From Lingula anatina (lineage: Eukaryota > Animalia > Brachiopoda): 64,000 nt of DNA. The stretch spans positions 19,410,848-19,474,847 of the forward strand of contig CM120643.1 in the NCBI GenBank assembly GCA_051362555.1, written 5' to 3'. The stretch's first letter is position 1, and the number at the start of each line of letters is the position of its first letter. The notes under the pieces were generated by a model. It did not search any database, was not told where the DNA came from, and worked only from the letters and a program-made list of their open reading frames with translations. Positions 63,453-64,000 of this stretch are shown one piece after another. Made by a program: the position numbers and the translations under genes.

Positions 63453-64000
63453 TTCCTTTTTCTACTAAAAAGTCACCTTTCAGGATTTCTTTGAGGCAAA
63501 GGGACCGTCTGTGGGGACCACCGTGCCGTATACCACGTTCCACATTACTCTCAGACCACAGTAAATATTTATTCTATTTTCATTGGTTGTCTTTGTTTCA
63601 TTGGTTTTATTTGTTGTTTTGTAGGCCAACACTTAGTGTTACATTACAATAAAAGAAAACGGTACAAAAAGAATTTCTTGCCTTCAACTATCTGTGAAAA
63701 TTGTTCATATGATACATACGTTACTGATACATACGTGACCAAAAATATGAAAGTGTTGTTTTCTAATTTCATTGATTGTTCTCTGTTGTCATTACTGTAC
63801 TTTGTGAGTGCGTGCGACGTTGCATATGTGCGCACGCATGTTTTTACATCGCTCATTCTTAGTGTTACGTAAATATGATACATACGTTACCAAATAATGT
63901 GAATTCATGTCAATTCACTGTATAGATCTTAAGGAAAATATAAGTATTATTACTGATGCATCTCTGAAGATCTACTTTACAGATGTCAAGTATAATCCAA

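Overview
AT-rich, intron-rich animal genomic DNA (an invertebrate bilaterian; the taxon cannot be fixed from this window). Most entries in the ORF track are exon fragments or microsatellite read-throughs. Splicing by hand on GT/AG sites with phase continuity gives five genes. (1) The 5' part of BOP1 (minus strand, 7 exons, runs off the left edge). (2) HSF1, head-to-head with BOP1 and about 380 bp away (plus, 13 exons, ~477 aa, probable ~4 kb 3' UTR carrying three MITEs). (3) TEPP/SPMIP8 (minus, 6 exons, 206 aa), with an X-box-like site and a CRE upstream. (4) A ~1428-aa FMN/Cappuccino-class formin (plus, 14 coding exons): myristoylation-type MGNQ start, DEP domain, short FH1, FH2, then a ~530-aa tail beyond the Spire-interaction-like motif that carries acidic YxxM, YxN, ITIM-like and SH3-ligand motifs. 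(5) A secreted Spaetzle/neurotrophin-like cystine-knot protein (minus, 4 visible exons, start exon not found), convergent with the formin. Also present: several MITEs (some with clear TSDs), a LINE 3' fragment, a minisatellite and many microsatellites. Best leads: the formin with a receptor-kinase docking-type tail, the divergent cystine-knot ligand, the conserved BOP1-HSF1 pairing, and degenerate copies of exon 3' ends in downstream introns of three genes. All assignments come from recalled motifs; no database search was run.
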